Source: an uncultured bacterium
GTDB lineage: Bacteria; Zixibacteria; MSB-5A5; GN15; FEB-12
Reading direction: 5' to 3'
DNA length: 64,000 nt
NCBI GenBank assembly: GCA_965372795.1
Contig: CBDVDR010000012.1
Span: 42,446 to 106,445 of the forward strand
The position numbers were made by a program, and so were the translations under genes. Shown here one piece after another: positions 27,831 through 39,500 of the stretch (its first letter is position 1; each line of letters starts with the position of its first letter). The notes under the pieces were generated by a model. The model worked only from the letters and a program-made list of their open reading frames with translations, was not told where the DNA came from and ran no database searches.

Positions 27831-28154
27831 TTAAAGAATACCATCAATTTTTTGAGTTAATTGAGCTTTTGGAATAGCTCCCACTACCTGCTCCACCACT
27901 TCACCGTTCTTAAAGAAAAGCAGCGAAGGGATTGACATAATGTTGTACTTCCCAGCAGTTGCATTATTCGAGTCAACATCAAGTTTGGTAACTTTCACTT
28001 TATCACCATATTCTGAAGCAATTTCTTCAAGAATTGGGGCAATCATTTTACAGGGTCCACACCATGTAGCCCAGAAATCAACAATAACCGGTTTTTCAGA
28101 TTGAAGAACTTCCTTTTCAAACGTGTCATCTGTTATGTTAATAGGTTGGCTCAT
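27831..28154 (-). CDS. trxA: Thioredoxin
   Basis: 107 aa. WATWCGPCK active site. Confidence 0.95.
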   Translation of the reverse strand: MSQPINITDDTFEKEVLQSEKPVIVDFWATWCGPCKMIAPILEEIASEYGDKVKVTKLDVDSNNATAGKYNIMSIPSLLFFKNGEVVEQVVGAIPKAQLTQKIDGIL

Positions 28155-28382
28155 ATTTCCTCCAATTTATAAAAATATTTTTCATTTCGAATATTAATAA
28201 CAATTCAGGGTGAAAACTGTTCCCAATTAGATAGAGAAATCACCACAACAATTGAATTATAAAATTTAACAAACAGAAATCAACACATTTCCTCAACTAT
28301 TTAACAGCTTTGCATATTTTTTTTCAATTCCTTGTCTTTTAAAAAGCAGCCTATATATTATGCAGTTTAAAAGGATAAACAG

Positions 28383-28826
28383 ATGCGTATTCTATTACAG
28401 AGAGTTAAAAATTGTGAGGTTTGGATAGATGATAAGTTGTTTAGCCAAACCGAGTTTGGTTTGCTTCTTTTCCACGGCACCCATACTGAAGACAAAGAAG
28501 AATCCTGTGGAATATTGGCAGATAAAGCCGTAAATTTACGAATATTTGAGGATTCAGATGAAAAGATGAACCTTTCGGCACTTGATATTGGAGCTGAAAT
28601 AATGATTGTATCTCAGTTTACTCTTTATGCGGATACACAGAAAGGCCGTCGTCCTTCTTTTGGAGATGCAATGCATCCGGAGAAGGCTGAAAAATTGTAT
28701 CACCGTTTTATAGAGCTCGTTAAAGCATCGGAACTTAAGGTTTCGACAGGATCTTTTGGAGCAAAGATGGATATAAAATTGATAAACCACGGACCAGTGA
28801 CCATACTGCTTGAACATGGCATTTGA
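28383..28826 (+). CDS. dtd: D-aminoacyl-tRNA deacylase
   Basis: 147 aa. SQFTLYADT and NHGPVT motifs. Full-length match to Dtd. Confidence 0.9.
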   Translation: MRILLQRVKNCEVWIDDKLFSQTEFGLLLFHGTHTEDKEESCGILADKAVNLRIFEDSDEKMNLSALDIGAEIMIVSQFTLYADTQKGRRPSFGDAMHPEKAEKLYHRFIELVKASELKVSTGSFGAKMDIKLINHGPVTILLEHGI

Positions 28827-29427
28827 AGACTTAAAGGCATTAGCCTCCAAGCATAAGATAGTCCTCGGTTCAGGTTCTCCTCGACGAGTTAAGTTATTAA
28901 ACGAGATTGAGATCGAATTTACTCAGATCAAGCCTGAAATTGAAGAAAATCAAAATAAAAACGAATTACCTTACGATTTTGCAGAAAGGCTGGCTTGTGA
29001 AAAAGCGATTGCTGTTTCTAATTTTCTCTCTGATTCAGAGATAGTTATTGGTTGTGACACAATTGTAGTGCTTGAAAATCAGGTTTTGGGCAAACCAATT
29101 GATGAACAGGAAGCTTTTAAAATTTTGTCGCTTCTTTCCGGGAAAATGCATACGGTTTGCACCGCAGTCGCTTTGGCGAAAAACGGTAATATTTTAAAAA
29201 GCGGTTTTGAGTTAACCGATGTTTATTTTAACCGTGTTTCTGAAAAAGAAATAAAAAAATATATAGCTTCCGGAGAGCCGTCAGATAAGGCCGGAGCCTA
29301 CGGAATACAGGGAATGGGCGCCTTTTTAGTTGACAGAATCGATGGTAATTTAGATAATGTGATTGGATTACCGCGCATGATTTTGTCGCGGATTGCCTCA
29401 GAAATTATAAAAAATTTAAACGAATAG
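28810..29427 (+). CDS. maf: Maf-like nucleoside triphosphate pyrophosphatase
   Basis: 205 aa. LGSGSPRR N-terminal motif and conserved Maf core. Confidence 0.9.
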   Translation: MNMAFEDLKALASKHKIVLGSGSPRRVKLLNEIEIEFTQIKPEIEENQNKNELPYDFAERLACEKAIAVSNFLSDSEIVIGCDTIVVLENQVLGKPIDEQEAFKILSLLSGKMHTVCTAVALAKNGNILKSGFELTDVYFNRVSEKEIKKYIASGEPSDKAGAYGIQGMGAFLVDRIDGNLDNVIGLPRMILSRIASEIIKNLNE

Positions 29428-29434
29428 CAGGTAC

Positions 29435-30370
29435 ATGAGCGAAACACAAATCAAACTTGGTGAGTTAATTCGACTGGAACGGGAACGTCAGGGAATTTCA
29501 ATAGAGGATTTTTCAACCCAGTTAAAAATAAGCATGAGTAATCTGGAATGTATTGAATCCGGACGATCTGACACCCTGCCCTCAGAATTATACTTTAATC
29601 TTTTTTCAAAATCATGCTGTGAAGCCCTTGGAATTGATTATTCCCGTACTGTAGATGCAATTAAATCTGAAATAGAAGAGACAGAGCTGACAAATAATGA
29701 CGCTCAGTCCTCAAAATCCAATAATAAAAAAAATAAATCAAAAAAATCAGATGATGACAACGGAACTGACTCAAAACTATTAAAGAAATTGATATATCTT
29801 TTTGCCGGTATAATTGTAGTATTTGCCATTTACCTGACAACGGTTAAGTTATTTTTTGATAGCGGCACACCAATAACTGATTCTGAGGGAGGCATTTCTT
29901 CTGAAAATTCCTCTGATCTTTCAAGTGAAAGCAGCAAAACCGCTAAATATGGTAATTATGATTGGAATGTTCCTGAGTATTCTCCACCCGGACCTCTCAA
30001 ATTAAGATTAGTTGCCCGTGAAGCAAGTTGGGCAACAATAATGGCAGATGGTGACACAGCGATATTTCGCAGTCTAAAACCGGGCAGAATATATGATGTG
30101 GAAGCGAAGCATAGACTTCGGATCTCGGTAGGTATCCCCCGAGTGGTTGACATTCAGCTAAATGGAAAGTATGTTGATCTGGTCAACCCGGAAACGAAAA
30201 GAATATCGAGAGTGAAAATTAACCAGATGAATCTAAAATCTTTTCTTGTAGATAAACAGGAATCTGCTTCAACTATAACCAAAACTATTGAACAATCTCA
30301 AACCGAACCTGAGAGAATTGCCAACCCTGATAGTACAAATGAAAGCGATGAAGTTGTTCAGGGAGAATAG
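29435..30370 (+). CDS. rodZ: RodZ-like cytoskeleton protein (HTH-XRE N-terminus, single TM, C-terminal DUF4115)
   Basis: 311 aa. HTH (LGELIRLERERQGISIEDFSTQLKIS…), TM LIYLFAGIIVVFAIYLTTV, and a C-terminal beta domain (…LRLVAREASWATIMADGDT…). Confidence 0.65.
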   Translation: MSETQIKLGELIRLERERQGISIEDFSTQLKISMSNLECIESGRSDTLPSELYFNLFSKSCCEALGIDYSRTVDAIKSEIEETELTNNDAQSSKSNNKKNKSKKSDDDNGTDSKLLKKLIYLFAGIIVVFAIYLTTVKLFFDSGTPITDSEGGISSENSSDLSSESSKTAKYGNYDWNVPEYSPPGPLKLRLVAREASWATIMADGDTAIFRSLKPGRIYDVEAKHRLRISVGIPRVVDIQLNGKYVDLVNPETKRISRVKINQMNLKSFLVDKQESASTITKTIEQSQTEPERIANPDSTNESDEVVQGE

Positions 30371-30922
30371 ATGAAGATAAAAAGTTTAGTTGCAGGGATC
30401 AAATTGTCCCGGATGAAGAAACGGATTGATCCGGTTTTATTTGATTTTCCAAAAGCACTTAATAAACCGAATAATATTCTGGTCTGCCTGCCAAAGGGAT
30501 TAAGGGAATTAACCGTTGTAAAACAGTTTCTCCCTACTATTACCGAAATGTTCAAGAATGCCAAGGTCACTTTAATATCGACCCCGGGAATTAAGGTCAC
30601 AGATATTTATCCCCGGAAAGGATTTAATATCCTCTCCCCTACTTCGGATCAGCTAACCTGGTCAGGACTTCCCAAAAAAAGTTATATAAGTAATTTGCAG
30701 GATAATAAATTTGATATGGTTATAGATTTAAACTTTGAGGAATCATCATTCGTCTCCGGCATTCTGCTTGGTTTTCCCAAAGCCTTAAGAGTCGGCAAAG
30801 GCAATCACCTTGGCGAACCATATTATAATTTGGAAATAAAGACAAAGTTTTTACGAGATGAACGTAATATTTATCGTTCGTTATTTGAAACTTTGGGGGC
30901 TTTGAAGAATAAAAATAATTGA
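30371..30922 (+). CDS. Hypothetical protein
   Basis: 183 aa. No recognisable motif. Its start abuts the rodZ stop (TAGATG). Confidence 0.4.
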   Translation: MKIKSLVAGIKLSRMKKRIDPVLFDFPKALNKPNNILVCLPKGLRELTVVKQFLPTITEMFKNAKVTLISTPGIKVTDIYPRKGFNILSPTSDQLTWSGLPKKSYISNLQDNKFDMVIDLNFEESSFVSGILLGFPKALRVGKGNHLGEPYYNLEIKTKFLRDERNIYRSLFETLGALKNKNN

Positions 30923-30963
30923 TACAGTAGTATGCTGACATCTGGGACTAATTTGGAGGAAAA

Positions 30964-33900
30964 GTGTATTTAAAACGACTTGAGATATTAGGGTTCAAAT
31001 CCTTTGCAAATAAAACAACCGTTAAATTTTCCAATGGCATAACGGCGATTGTTGGACCAAACGGCTGCGGAAAGACAAATATTCTTGATGCGCTTCGCTG
31101 GGTTTTAGGCGAACAAAAGGTTTCTCTTTTACGCGGCAGTAAGATGGAAGAAATCATTTTTAATGGCACTCGTGACTTAAAACCGCTGGGAATGTCAGAA
31201 GTTACTCTTTCTTTGGTTAATGATCGGGGAGTTTTACCAACTGAATATACTGAAGTACAAATAACCCGTCGCCTTTTCCGCAGTGGTGAATCTGAATACC
31301 TACTGAACAAAATCCCCTGCCGACTTAAAGATATTACCGAACTGTTTTTTGATACCGGATTAGGACCACATTCTTATTCAGTCATCCAGCAGGATATGAT
31401 TGATGCGGTCATATCTGACAAAGCTGAAGAACGAAGATTCCTTTTTGAAGAAGCAGCCGGAATCACCAAATATAAACAGCGCAAAAAAGCAGCGATGCGA
31501 AAACTTGAAGCAACCGAACAGGATCTATTGCGCCTTCGGGATATTCATTCGGAAGTTAAGACTCGGGTCAACTCATTAAACAGGCAATACAAAAAGGCTG
31601 AGCGTTATCAGTTAATTAAAGAAGATATAAAAAACTGGGAGATTTATCTCTCCGGGAAACAAATTCGAACTATCGAACAGGAACGGCGTGAAATTCGTTC
31701 TAAGATTGATGAGTTATCTAATATTATCGTTGATCGTGATACCGGCATCAACAGACTATCGGCAGAACTTGAGGCAGAACGAAAAAGTCAAATAGATTTA
31801 GAACACGAACTTAATGAGATCAGCTCAACGGTTTATTCAATAACTGAACAAGCCCATGACATTGAAAAACAAATTTCAATTAATCAGGAAAAATCAGCCA
31901 ACTCAAAATCACTTATTGAGCGGGACACCAATGATATCGAAGCATTGGTAAATCGTTCCAAAATTTTGAAAGAGCAAATTACCGAATCTCATACTGAGAA
32001 TGAAAAGAACCAGCAGGAGTATTCTGGAATAATTACTCAGCTTCGTGATGCTGAACTTAAGCAGGATGAAGCTGACAAAAAATTATTGCTTAGTCGAAAT
32101 CAAAAAGATACAGAAAACCAAAAACTGATTGAACTTGAAGGTAAAATTTCTTCCGGTATAACTGAAGATGATGGTCTAAAGAAACAAGAAGATGAGTTTA
32201 ATACTCAAATTGAAAGTCTTAACGTTCAATTAAGTGAAAACACGACTTCCCAATTAGATTTGAGAAGTAAGCAGGATGAATCGAAACAAAGCCTTAGCAA
32301 GAAAAATGCTGTTAAATATAAAGCCGAAGAAACTCGTCAGACTTTAACAGTAGAGCTTGAATCCTTAGTTGAGCAAAATGAAGAGCTTAATGAAGAAATT
32401 TCAAGTTTGAGTGCATCTATTGAAGCTTGTCAGGCTCGTAAAGATCTTCTTGAAGAGATGATACTTCAATTTGAAGGATACGAATCAGGGCTTGTGGCGG
32501 CGATGGAAGTCAAAGAACGCTGGCCCGGTATTGCCGGAACTGTTGCCGATAATTTTGTGCCGGTTGAAGGTATGGAAGTCGCTTTGGAAGCTGCTCTGGG
32601 AGAGATATCCGGCTTTATGATCTGCAAAGAGCGTACAACCGCTGAACAGATAGTCAGCTATTTAAAAGCCGAGAAAAAAGGCAAGATTGGAATCTTAGTT
32701 GAAGATTCAGGAACCCTTAATCCACTGGTAAAACGTCCGGAACTTGATATGCCGGAATTTATAGGCTGGCTGGATAACTTTGTCTCGACCGAAGAAAATT
32801 TAAAACATATGAAGCAGGCTGTCCTTTCCCATATCGCTGTTTTTAAAGAAGGACACTCACCGCAGGAAATTTTAACCCATCTCCCCTATGGATTTAAAGC
32901 TGTCTCAACATGTGGCGATGTATACAGCCGGAATGTGATTACCGGCGGCTCAGATGATAGTCTTCCATTATTTAGAAGAAAAGAAAAAGTTGCTGATGAA
33001 CAGCAGATGATTGAAGATATCACAGTCAAACTTGAACATTCACGGGAAGAGAAGAATCGAGTTAATGCCCGGATTGCCGAAGCACGAGCCGAGTCAGCTG
33101 AAGTGGTTCAGAGAATAGAATCTATAACTGAAGAAATCAATGCAAATCAAAAAGAACATGACAATATAAGCTACAATTTGCGTACGGCAGAAACTGAATC
33201 ACAACGTATTCAGAAAGAAATTCAATTCCAAAAAGGGCGTGTTGAAAAAATAAAATCACGCCAGTATTCACTGGGGCTTGATTTTGATCAGTTGAAAGAT
33301 TTAAAAGAAAATCTTCTGAATAACATGACTCAAGCTGGTGAACAGTTAGACAGCCTTGAAAACAATGCTCATAATTCTTCATCGCTGGTCTCCTCTCTCC
33401 AGATTAAAATTGTTGAGACTCAGAGCAAAATTGATCAGATCGAGAATAAGATAACTCATCAACAGGAACTTCAAGCTGACATAGCAAACACGATTAGGAC
33501 AAAACAGGAAGAAATAGAACGGGCTCACACTGAGGCTCGTAGTGCAGTAGAAAAAAACCATACTCTTGAAATTGAGCTTAAATCGGTTTTCGAAAAGCGA
33601 GAAGTATTAACAAACGGCCAGACAGAATTGAAAACCAAACAGTCGGATATTCAACAACATGCTTCTGCCAAAGAAGACACATTGAAGCGACTGCGTTCAG
33701 AAAAAGATGAATCAAGCAATAAACACCATGAGTTTGACATTCGCTTAAATACAATTGAATCTGAAGTAAATGTAACTGCGGAGAAGATACAGGAAGAATA
33801 TGAACTCGATATTCGATCTCTTGAAACAGCCTGCCCAAATGAAGAGATGTCCGATGTGGAAGCCCGTACTCATCTGAATGATCAAAAAGAAAAGCTTAGA

Positions 33901-34674
33901 AAATTCGGAGCTGTTAATCTGCTTGCCCTGGAAGAATACGATGAAGCCGCCGAACGTGAGAAATTCCTTGATGAACATCTGACCGATTTAACGACCGCAA
34001 AGAATGATCTTGAAACAACAATCGGTAAAATCAATATAACTGCCCGTCAATTATTCATTGAAACATTTGCCAAAGTACAAGAGAACTTTAAAAAGCTTTT
34101 CATTGAGCTATTTAGCGGCGGTGAGGCAAGCTTGAAGCTTGAAGACCCCAATAACCCGCTGGAATCAAATATTGAAATCATCGCCCGTCCCCGCGGAAAA
34201 AAACTATTGTCAATTACTATGCTTTCCGGCGGAGAAAGAGCGTTGACAGCAATTTCATTGTTATTCTCTCTATATCTTGTAAAACCTTCGCCATATTGTA
34301 TTCTTGATGAAATAGATGCTCCGCTTGATGATGCTAACTGTCACAGATTCCTGAAAATGATTGCTTCATTCTCGGGGCAGACACAGTTTATCACGATTAC
34401 CCATAACAAGATCACGATGGAAGCTGCCAACAATCTTTACGGTGTCACAATGGAACAGCCAGGGATATCTAAACTTGTAGGAGTGAAATTTAACGAAGCT
34501 CCTGCTGATCAGGATTCAGTAGAAATTGTAATAACTTCTGATAGATCAGATGATGAGAACGAGTCAATGAAAATCAGTTCAACTCCCGATGAAATCGAAC
34601 TTCCGGATGCTGTTGTCAGCAGAATTTCTTCCAACATCAATACCGGCGATGATGAACTTCCAGAGCAGAACTGA
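30964..34674 (+). CDS. smc: Chromosome segregation protein SMC
   Basis: 1236 aa. Walker A GPNGCGKTN, long coiled coils, hinge, and a C-terminal signature/Walker B (LSGGERALTAISL…ILDEIDAPLD). Confidence 0.95.
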   Translation: MYLKRLEILGFKSFANKTTVKFSNGITAIVGPNGCGKTNILDALRWVLGEQKVSLLRGSKMEEIIFNGTRDLKPLGMSEVTLSLVNDRGVLPTEYTEVQITRRLFRSGESEYLLNKIPCRLKDITELFFDTGLGPHSYSVIQQDMIDAVISDKAEERRFLFEEAAGITKYKQRKKAAMRKLEATEQDLLRLRDIHSEVKTRVNSLNRQYKKAERYQLIKEDIKNWEIYLSGKQIRTIEQERREIRSKIDELSNIIVDRDTGINRLSAELEAERKSQIDLEHELNEISSTVYSITEQAHDIEKQISINQEKSANSKSLIERDTNDIEALVNRSKILKEQITESHTENEKNQQEYSGIITQLRDAELKQDEADKKLLLSRNQKDTENQKLIELEGKISSGITEDDGLKKQEDEFNTQIESLNVQLSENTTSQLDLRSKQDESKQSLSKKNAVKYKAEETRQTLTVELESLVEQNEELNEEISSLSASIEACQARKDLLEEMILQFEGYESGLVAAMEVKERWPGIAGTVADNFVPVEGMEVALEAALGEISGFMICKERTTAEQIVSYLKAEKKGKIGILVEDSGTLNPLVKRPELDMPEFIGWLDNFVSTEENLKHMKQAVLSHIAVFKEGHSPQEILTHLPYGFKAVSTCGDVYSRNVITGGSDDSLPLFRRKEKVADEQQMIEDITVKLEHSREEKNRVNARIAEARAESAEVVQRIESITEEINANQKEHDNISYNLRTAETESQRIQKEIQFQKGRVEKIKSRQYSLGLDFDQLKDLKENLLNNMTQAGEQLDSLENNAHNSSSLVSSLQIKIVETQSKIDQIENKITHQQELQADIANTIRTKQEEIERAHTEARSAVEKNHTLEIELKSVFEKREVLTNGQTELKTKQSDIQQHASAKEDTLKRLRSEKDESSNKHHEFDIRLNTIESEVNVTAEKIQEEYELDIRSLETACPNEEMSDVEARTHLNDQKEKLRKFGAVNLLALEEYDEAAEREKFLDEHLTDLTTAKNDLETTIGKINITARQLFIETFAKVQENFKKLFIELFSGGEASLKLEDPNNPLESNIEIIARPRGKKLLSITMLSGGERALTAISLLFSLYLVKPSPYCILDEIDAPLDDANCHRFLKMIASFSGQTQFITITHNKITMEAANNLYGVTMEQPGISKLVGVKFNEAPADQDSVEIVITSDRSDDENESMKISSTPDEIELPDAVVSRISSNINTGDDELPEQN

Positions 34675-34679
34675 CGCTG

Positions 34680-35591
34680 ATGTTTGGAGCATTTGAAAAA
34701 CTTAAGAATTCTCTTTCAAAAACTAAAGAGAATATACTCGGCAAAGTCAGCAAATTAGTTTTACGCCGTAAGCTTGATGACGACCTTCTTGAAGAAATAG
34801 AAGAAATTCTGATTGAAGCTGATATCGGTGTAAAAGCAACAATGCGAATCATTGAAAGTCTTTCCATAAGAGCTCGTGAAGAAAAAAAGACCGAAGGCGA
34901 AGAAGTTCTTGTGCTATTAAAAGATGAAATTTCTAAAATTCTAATTAATAAAGAAGTCAAGCATCACGAGAACGAAAACAACAAACCGGAAATTTGGCTA
35001 ATTGTCGGTGTTAATGGAGTTGGTAAGACAACAACCATTGGCAAACTTGCCATGCACCTTTCAGCTCAAGGTAAAAAAGTTGTTATCGCCGCTTGTGATA
35101 CGTTTCGTGCGGCTGCAATTGATCAGATTTCGATTTGGGCTGAGCGAAGTAATGTTGATATAATTAAATCACAGGAGGGTTCTGACCCCTCGGCAGTTGC
35201 CTTTGATGCTTCCAAGGCGGCGGTTGCTCGCGGCATTGATATTTTGCTGATTGACACAGCCGGCCGATTGCATACAAAATCTAATTTGATGGAAGAATTA
35301 AAAAAAATTAAGCGGGTTGTTCAAAAAGCCGCCCCTGACTCCCCGGTTTACAGCAAATTGATTATAGACGGCTCTACCGGACAAAATGCTCTTAATCAGG
35401 TTAAAGTATTTACAGATGCGGTTGGATGCGAAGGTTTGATTATCACCAAGTTGGATGGTACAGCCAAAGGCGGAGTTCTACTGGCTATCTCTGAAGAACT
35501 TGATGTGCCGGTTGATTTTATTGGCATCGGAGAAGGTGTCAACGATTTACAAAAATTTGATCCAAAACAGTTTGCGGATGCTTTATTTTAG
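34680..35591 (+). CDS. ftsY: Signal recognition particle receptor FtsY
   Basis: 303 aa. NG domain with GVNGVGKTTTIGKLA, DTAGR and TKLDGTAKGG motifs. Confidence 0.93.
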   Translation: MFGAFEKLKNSLSKTKENILGKVSKLVLRRKLDDDLLEEIEEILIEADIGVKATMRIIESLSIRAREEKKTEGEEVLVLLKDEISKILINKEVKHHENENNKPEIWLIVGVNGVGKTTTIGKLAMHLSAQGKKVVIAACDTFRAAAIDQISIWAERSNVDIIKSQEGSDPSAVAFDASKAAVARGIDILLIDTAGRLHTKSNLMEELKKIKRVVQKAAPDSPVYSKLIIDGSTGQNALNQVKVFTDAVGCEGLIITKLDGTAKGGVLLAISEELDVPVDFIGIGEGVNDLQKFDPKQFADALF

Positions 35592-35594
35592 AAA

Positions 35595-35993
35595 ATGAAT
35601 ACAATTGAAGTTGCAACTCACAAACGTGAAGAACTGATTGACATAACGTCCCGAATCCAAAATATTATAAGTAAAAGCAATTGTGATTCCGGGCAGGTGT
35701 TCTGTTTTGTCCCTCATACCACGGCAGCAATAACAATCAATGAAAACGCCGACCCTGATGTTCAGCGTGATATTATTTATAAACTGAATAAAGAGATTCC
35801 TCAAAGCGATGGCTACCATCATGGTGAAGGTAATTCCGATGCCCATATCAAAGCATCATTATTCGGTTTTTCAGAACAAATTTTATTTGAAAATAAAAGG
35901 CTCATTTTAGGTACTTGGCAGGGAATTTATTTTTGTGAGTTTGACGGACCTAGAAATAGAAAATTGATCGTAAAGGTTATCCCTTTTGCTTAA
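35595..35993 (+). CDS. yjbQ: YjbQ/UPF0047 family protein (secondary thiamine-phosphate synthase-like)
   Basis: 132 aa. …VPHTTAAITINENADPDV… and …HIKASLFG… signature. Confidence 0.8.
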   Translation: MNTIEVATHKREELIDITSRIQNIISKSNCDSGQVFCFVPHTTAAITINENADPDVQRDIIYKLNKEIPQSDGYHHGEGNSDAHIKASLFGFSEQILFENKRLILGTWQGIYFCEFDGPRNRKLIVKVIPFA

Positions 35994-36456
35994 GATTCAA
36001 ATAATATCAATCGGGAAACACAAGGATCAATGGGTTAAAGACAGTTGTGATCATTTTATAAAGCTTTTAAAAAAATATTCTCAAGTAGAACTAACTACTA
36101 TAAATGCAAATAACATTGCCGCTACCCTTTCTGTATCGGAAAAAAAGGTACGCGAGAAGCATTTACTTAATAAAGAAATTAAATCCGGGTTATTGGTAGC
36201 TCTTACCGATAGAGGGCAACAATATGACAGCATTTCATTTTCCAAACAGTTAGAAAAATGGCAATCAATCAGTCATGGAAAAATTAATTTCATCATTGGG
36301 GGACCGTATGGACTTGCTGATGAGCTTTTAAAAACTTCCGATTTTCAATTATCGTTATCGCCCCTTACTTTCTCCCACCAACTGATCAGACCGGTCTTAT
36401 TAGAACAGTTGTTTCGCGCTTTTTCAATTATTCAGGGAACTGATTACCACAAATAA
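35986..36456 (+). CDS. rlmH: 23S rRNA (pseudouridine1915-N3)-methyltransferase RlmH (SPOUT)
   Basis: 156 aa. …LVALTDRGQQYDSISFSKQL…INFIIGGPYGL… matches RlmH. Confidence 0.85.
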   Translation: MLKIQIISIGKHKDQWVKDSCDHFIKLLKKYSQVELTTINANNIAATLSVSEKKVREKHLLNKEIKSGLLVALTDRGQQYDSISFSKQLEKWQSISHGKINFIIGGPYGLADELLKTSDFQLSLSPLTFSHQLIRPVLLEQLFRAFSIIQGTDYHK

Positions 36457-36516
36457 CGAAGCGTCTCATATAATTAATAGGAAACGCTTCAGAGGATAGA
36501 TAAGGGAGGGATCTTT

Positions 36517-39500
36517 TTATTTAAGTAATAGCATCTTCTTGGTTTTACTAAAGTTGTCTGTTTTCAAACGATAGAGATAGACACCGGAAGCAACCTGTGA
36601 GCCGGTACTGTTGGTACCATCCCACTGGATCGAGACGACACCGGCATCAGCAGACCCATCAAATTTTCTTACCAAGGCACCATTGATATTGTAAACTGTA
36701 ATTGACCAGTCAGATGGTTTTGGAAGAGCAAAATCAATATTAGTAATCGGATTAAACGGGTTAGGGTAGTTCTGATGCAATTCAAAAGCCGTCGGCAATG
36801 AGGTTCCTTTGAATACGGCATCAAATGGACGACCCTGATAATCAACGATTTCGACTTCTACAAATTCTATTGAGCCTGATCCATTGAACGGAATTTCAAA
36901 AATGTCATTTTTACCGGCATCAATCCGGTTATTACCAATATCAAATAAAATCACCAGTAACTGATCATCTACCACATTATGCAACAACTGCATCCCTTCG
37001 GCACCTTCGGCAACCCGTGGCTGTTGAATATCTACATCGCCAATCAGGTCAAACTTAAAGAGAGCACCGCCAATACTTGAAGCAGCATCAGTCGTAACTG
37101 TTTTAACACCTTTTTCAACAACATCTGTTATAGCCAGATTCTCTTCATTCGGAATAACTTTAGGAATCGGAAGAGCATCACCGACGATGATTCTAATAAG
37201 TAGAACCAGATCAGCAATTGTCAGAGTCAATCCATCAGCGTTTACATCTGTAGCAGCGACCTGCCCAACCGGATCAACTACAAAGACAGCCAGACCTCGA
37301 ATAAAGTAGTTTGAAAATACAACAGCATCAGCAATTTCGTATGGAACTCTATTTAAGTTTACATCTCCCCTTGAGCTATACTCTTCAAGAGGTAAAATAC
37401 AGATACCGCCATTATAATATTCTATACACCGTTCAGGGTTAGGTAGAGTTGAATTATTCAAACAACCATTTGAACCACCCATACCAAAAGGACGACTCAA
37501 TTCAGGGAAGTTTATGTCATCTTCCTCATCCCAAATCAAAATTCCTTCGGCATTATAAATCTTATTATTAAAATATGTCACATCACCATTAAGGGATGTA
37601 AAGGTATTATTATTACAAGCATACGTGAAGAATTTGATTGGTAGGAATTGGTTGCTTAGATTTTGATCATTGGCTATTCTAAATGAAATATCAATCAATA
37701 CATCTTGAGGTTTCAGAGATACATTTGGCGGGATAATTTCTCCGTCACCAAGACCAGCTATTCCTAAAAACTGAACTAAGCCAGACGGGCAAGCATTTCC
37801 ACAACTTTCTTCGCCAAGTCGGAAAGAGAAATATTCCCATCCAGCGATATCACTATTTGTAGTATCCGCTGACTGGAAAGACATGACTGTTTTATCATAT
37901 TCAATCATTATATTAAAACTGGTTATATAGTCGTTGGATTCAATCTTTAAAGATACATTATGAGCAACACCGACCCCATCGCACTCTCCGCCATCAATGG
38001 TCAAGCGGACACAAACATCACAGTCGCCTTTATCAACAACATTGACAAAGAAAGATTTGGATATTGTTTTACAACCATCGGTTGATTCAAAACAGAACTC
38101 ATAGTTACCAACTGTGTCCGGGCGGAAACAGACCTGACCAGTATCAGCATCTGTTAACTCCAGAGTCCCATCTCCGCAAGTCATTGTAATAAATGATTGT
38201 GATCTTGTATCAGTACTGAAAATGCCGTCAAAACATTTAAGAGTGGTATCCTGAGGACACCAGATAATGGTTGTATCGGCAGGCAGAGAAAGAATCGGGG
38301 CTTGATCATCAATAACATTCACGACCACATAACAGGTATCAGCACCGCATTGATTATCAGCGATAATTTGAATTTCATAGAATCCGGCGGTGTCGACCGG
38401 GAAACAAATTTCATTGCCGTTATATACACCAAGGGGGCTAATTGAAATATCTAAATCGGTTCCGGTGATAGTAATCGGTACGCAAATGGTTCCCAAAGTA
38501 TCAATACAAACTAATGTATCAATCGGCGGGGCACATACAACCAGAGGTTTCACGGGAATATGAATATCAAGATCAAAGCTGCAGGTGTCCGTCTGACATT
38601 GTGTCAGAGCAACAACCTCAACCGAACGTAAGCCTTCTTCTATAATATAAAGTGCTAAAGTCTGACTGGCAGCGTCGTAAACACCATTATCAACCGTTAC
38701 AATAGCATAATCAGGTTCTACAACAAAATTTTCAATATAGACAGTATCCGGTCCGCAGATGGTATCATAAACAATAGTTTGCGGGCAATTTATTGCGGCA
38801 AACCCACCAAGTTTATAATCTATTATAAGAGTATCAGAATATATTTCATTACAGGCATCAGTGACTGTTAGAATAATCGTATGCAGACCATAATCGTCCG
38901 GGGTAAAGAAATATTGGGTGCCTACTATAGAATCAACATTGGGCGAGGCAACTACCGAAGTAATATTATTATCATTGTCATAAAGATTAAATGAGAATGA
39001 TTTCTGAATCAAACCACATTCAGAGATAGAAATATCATCTCCCATAGATATGAATGGCGATGAATTAAAATCAGTCATAATATTGAATGAACATTGTTCA
39101 ATTCCACAAACACTATAAGCAGTCATGGAAATTTCCATGCTTCCTTGTGCCAGAACGGGTACGTAAACTTTGCCATCCATCAGATAAGCAGGTTCGGTAA
39201 CTTTGACCGAATCAACCAGCATTGAAGTTTGATAGTCAAAAGCTAAAGTATCAGGACCGCATAAGAACAACGGACCAACATCTCCGGGACAAACAATTCT
39301 ATCATCAATTGTTACAACAACAGTTGCATTAACGGTGACAGAATTACATTCGGCATTAGCTGTTATTTCAATATTATAAGTACCGGCGGTATCAGCATCA
39401 AAGCAGACTTCCCCGTTACTATATGTACCATAGTTTATAATCAACTCATCGTAAATACCGGTAAGATTTAGCGGAAGACAGATAATATCCGGCTGGCATA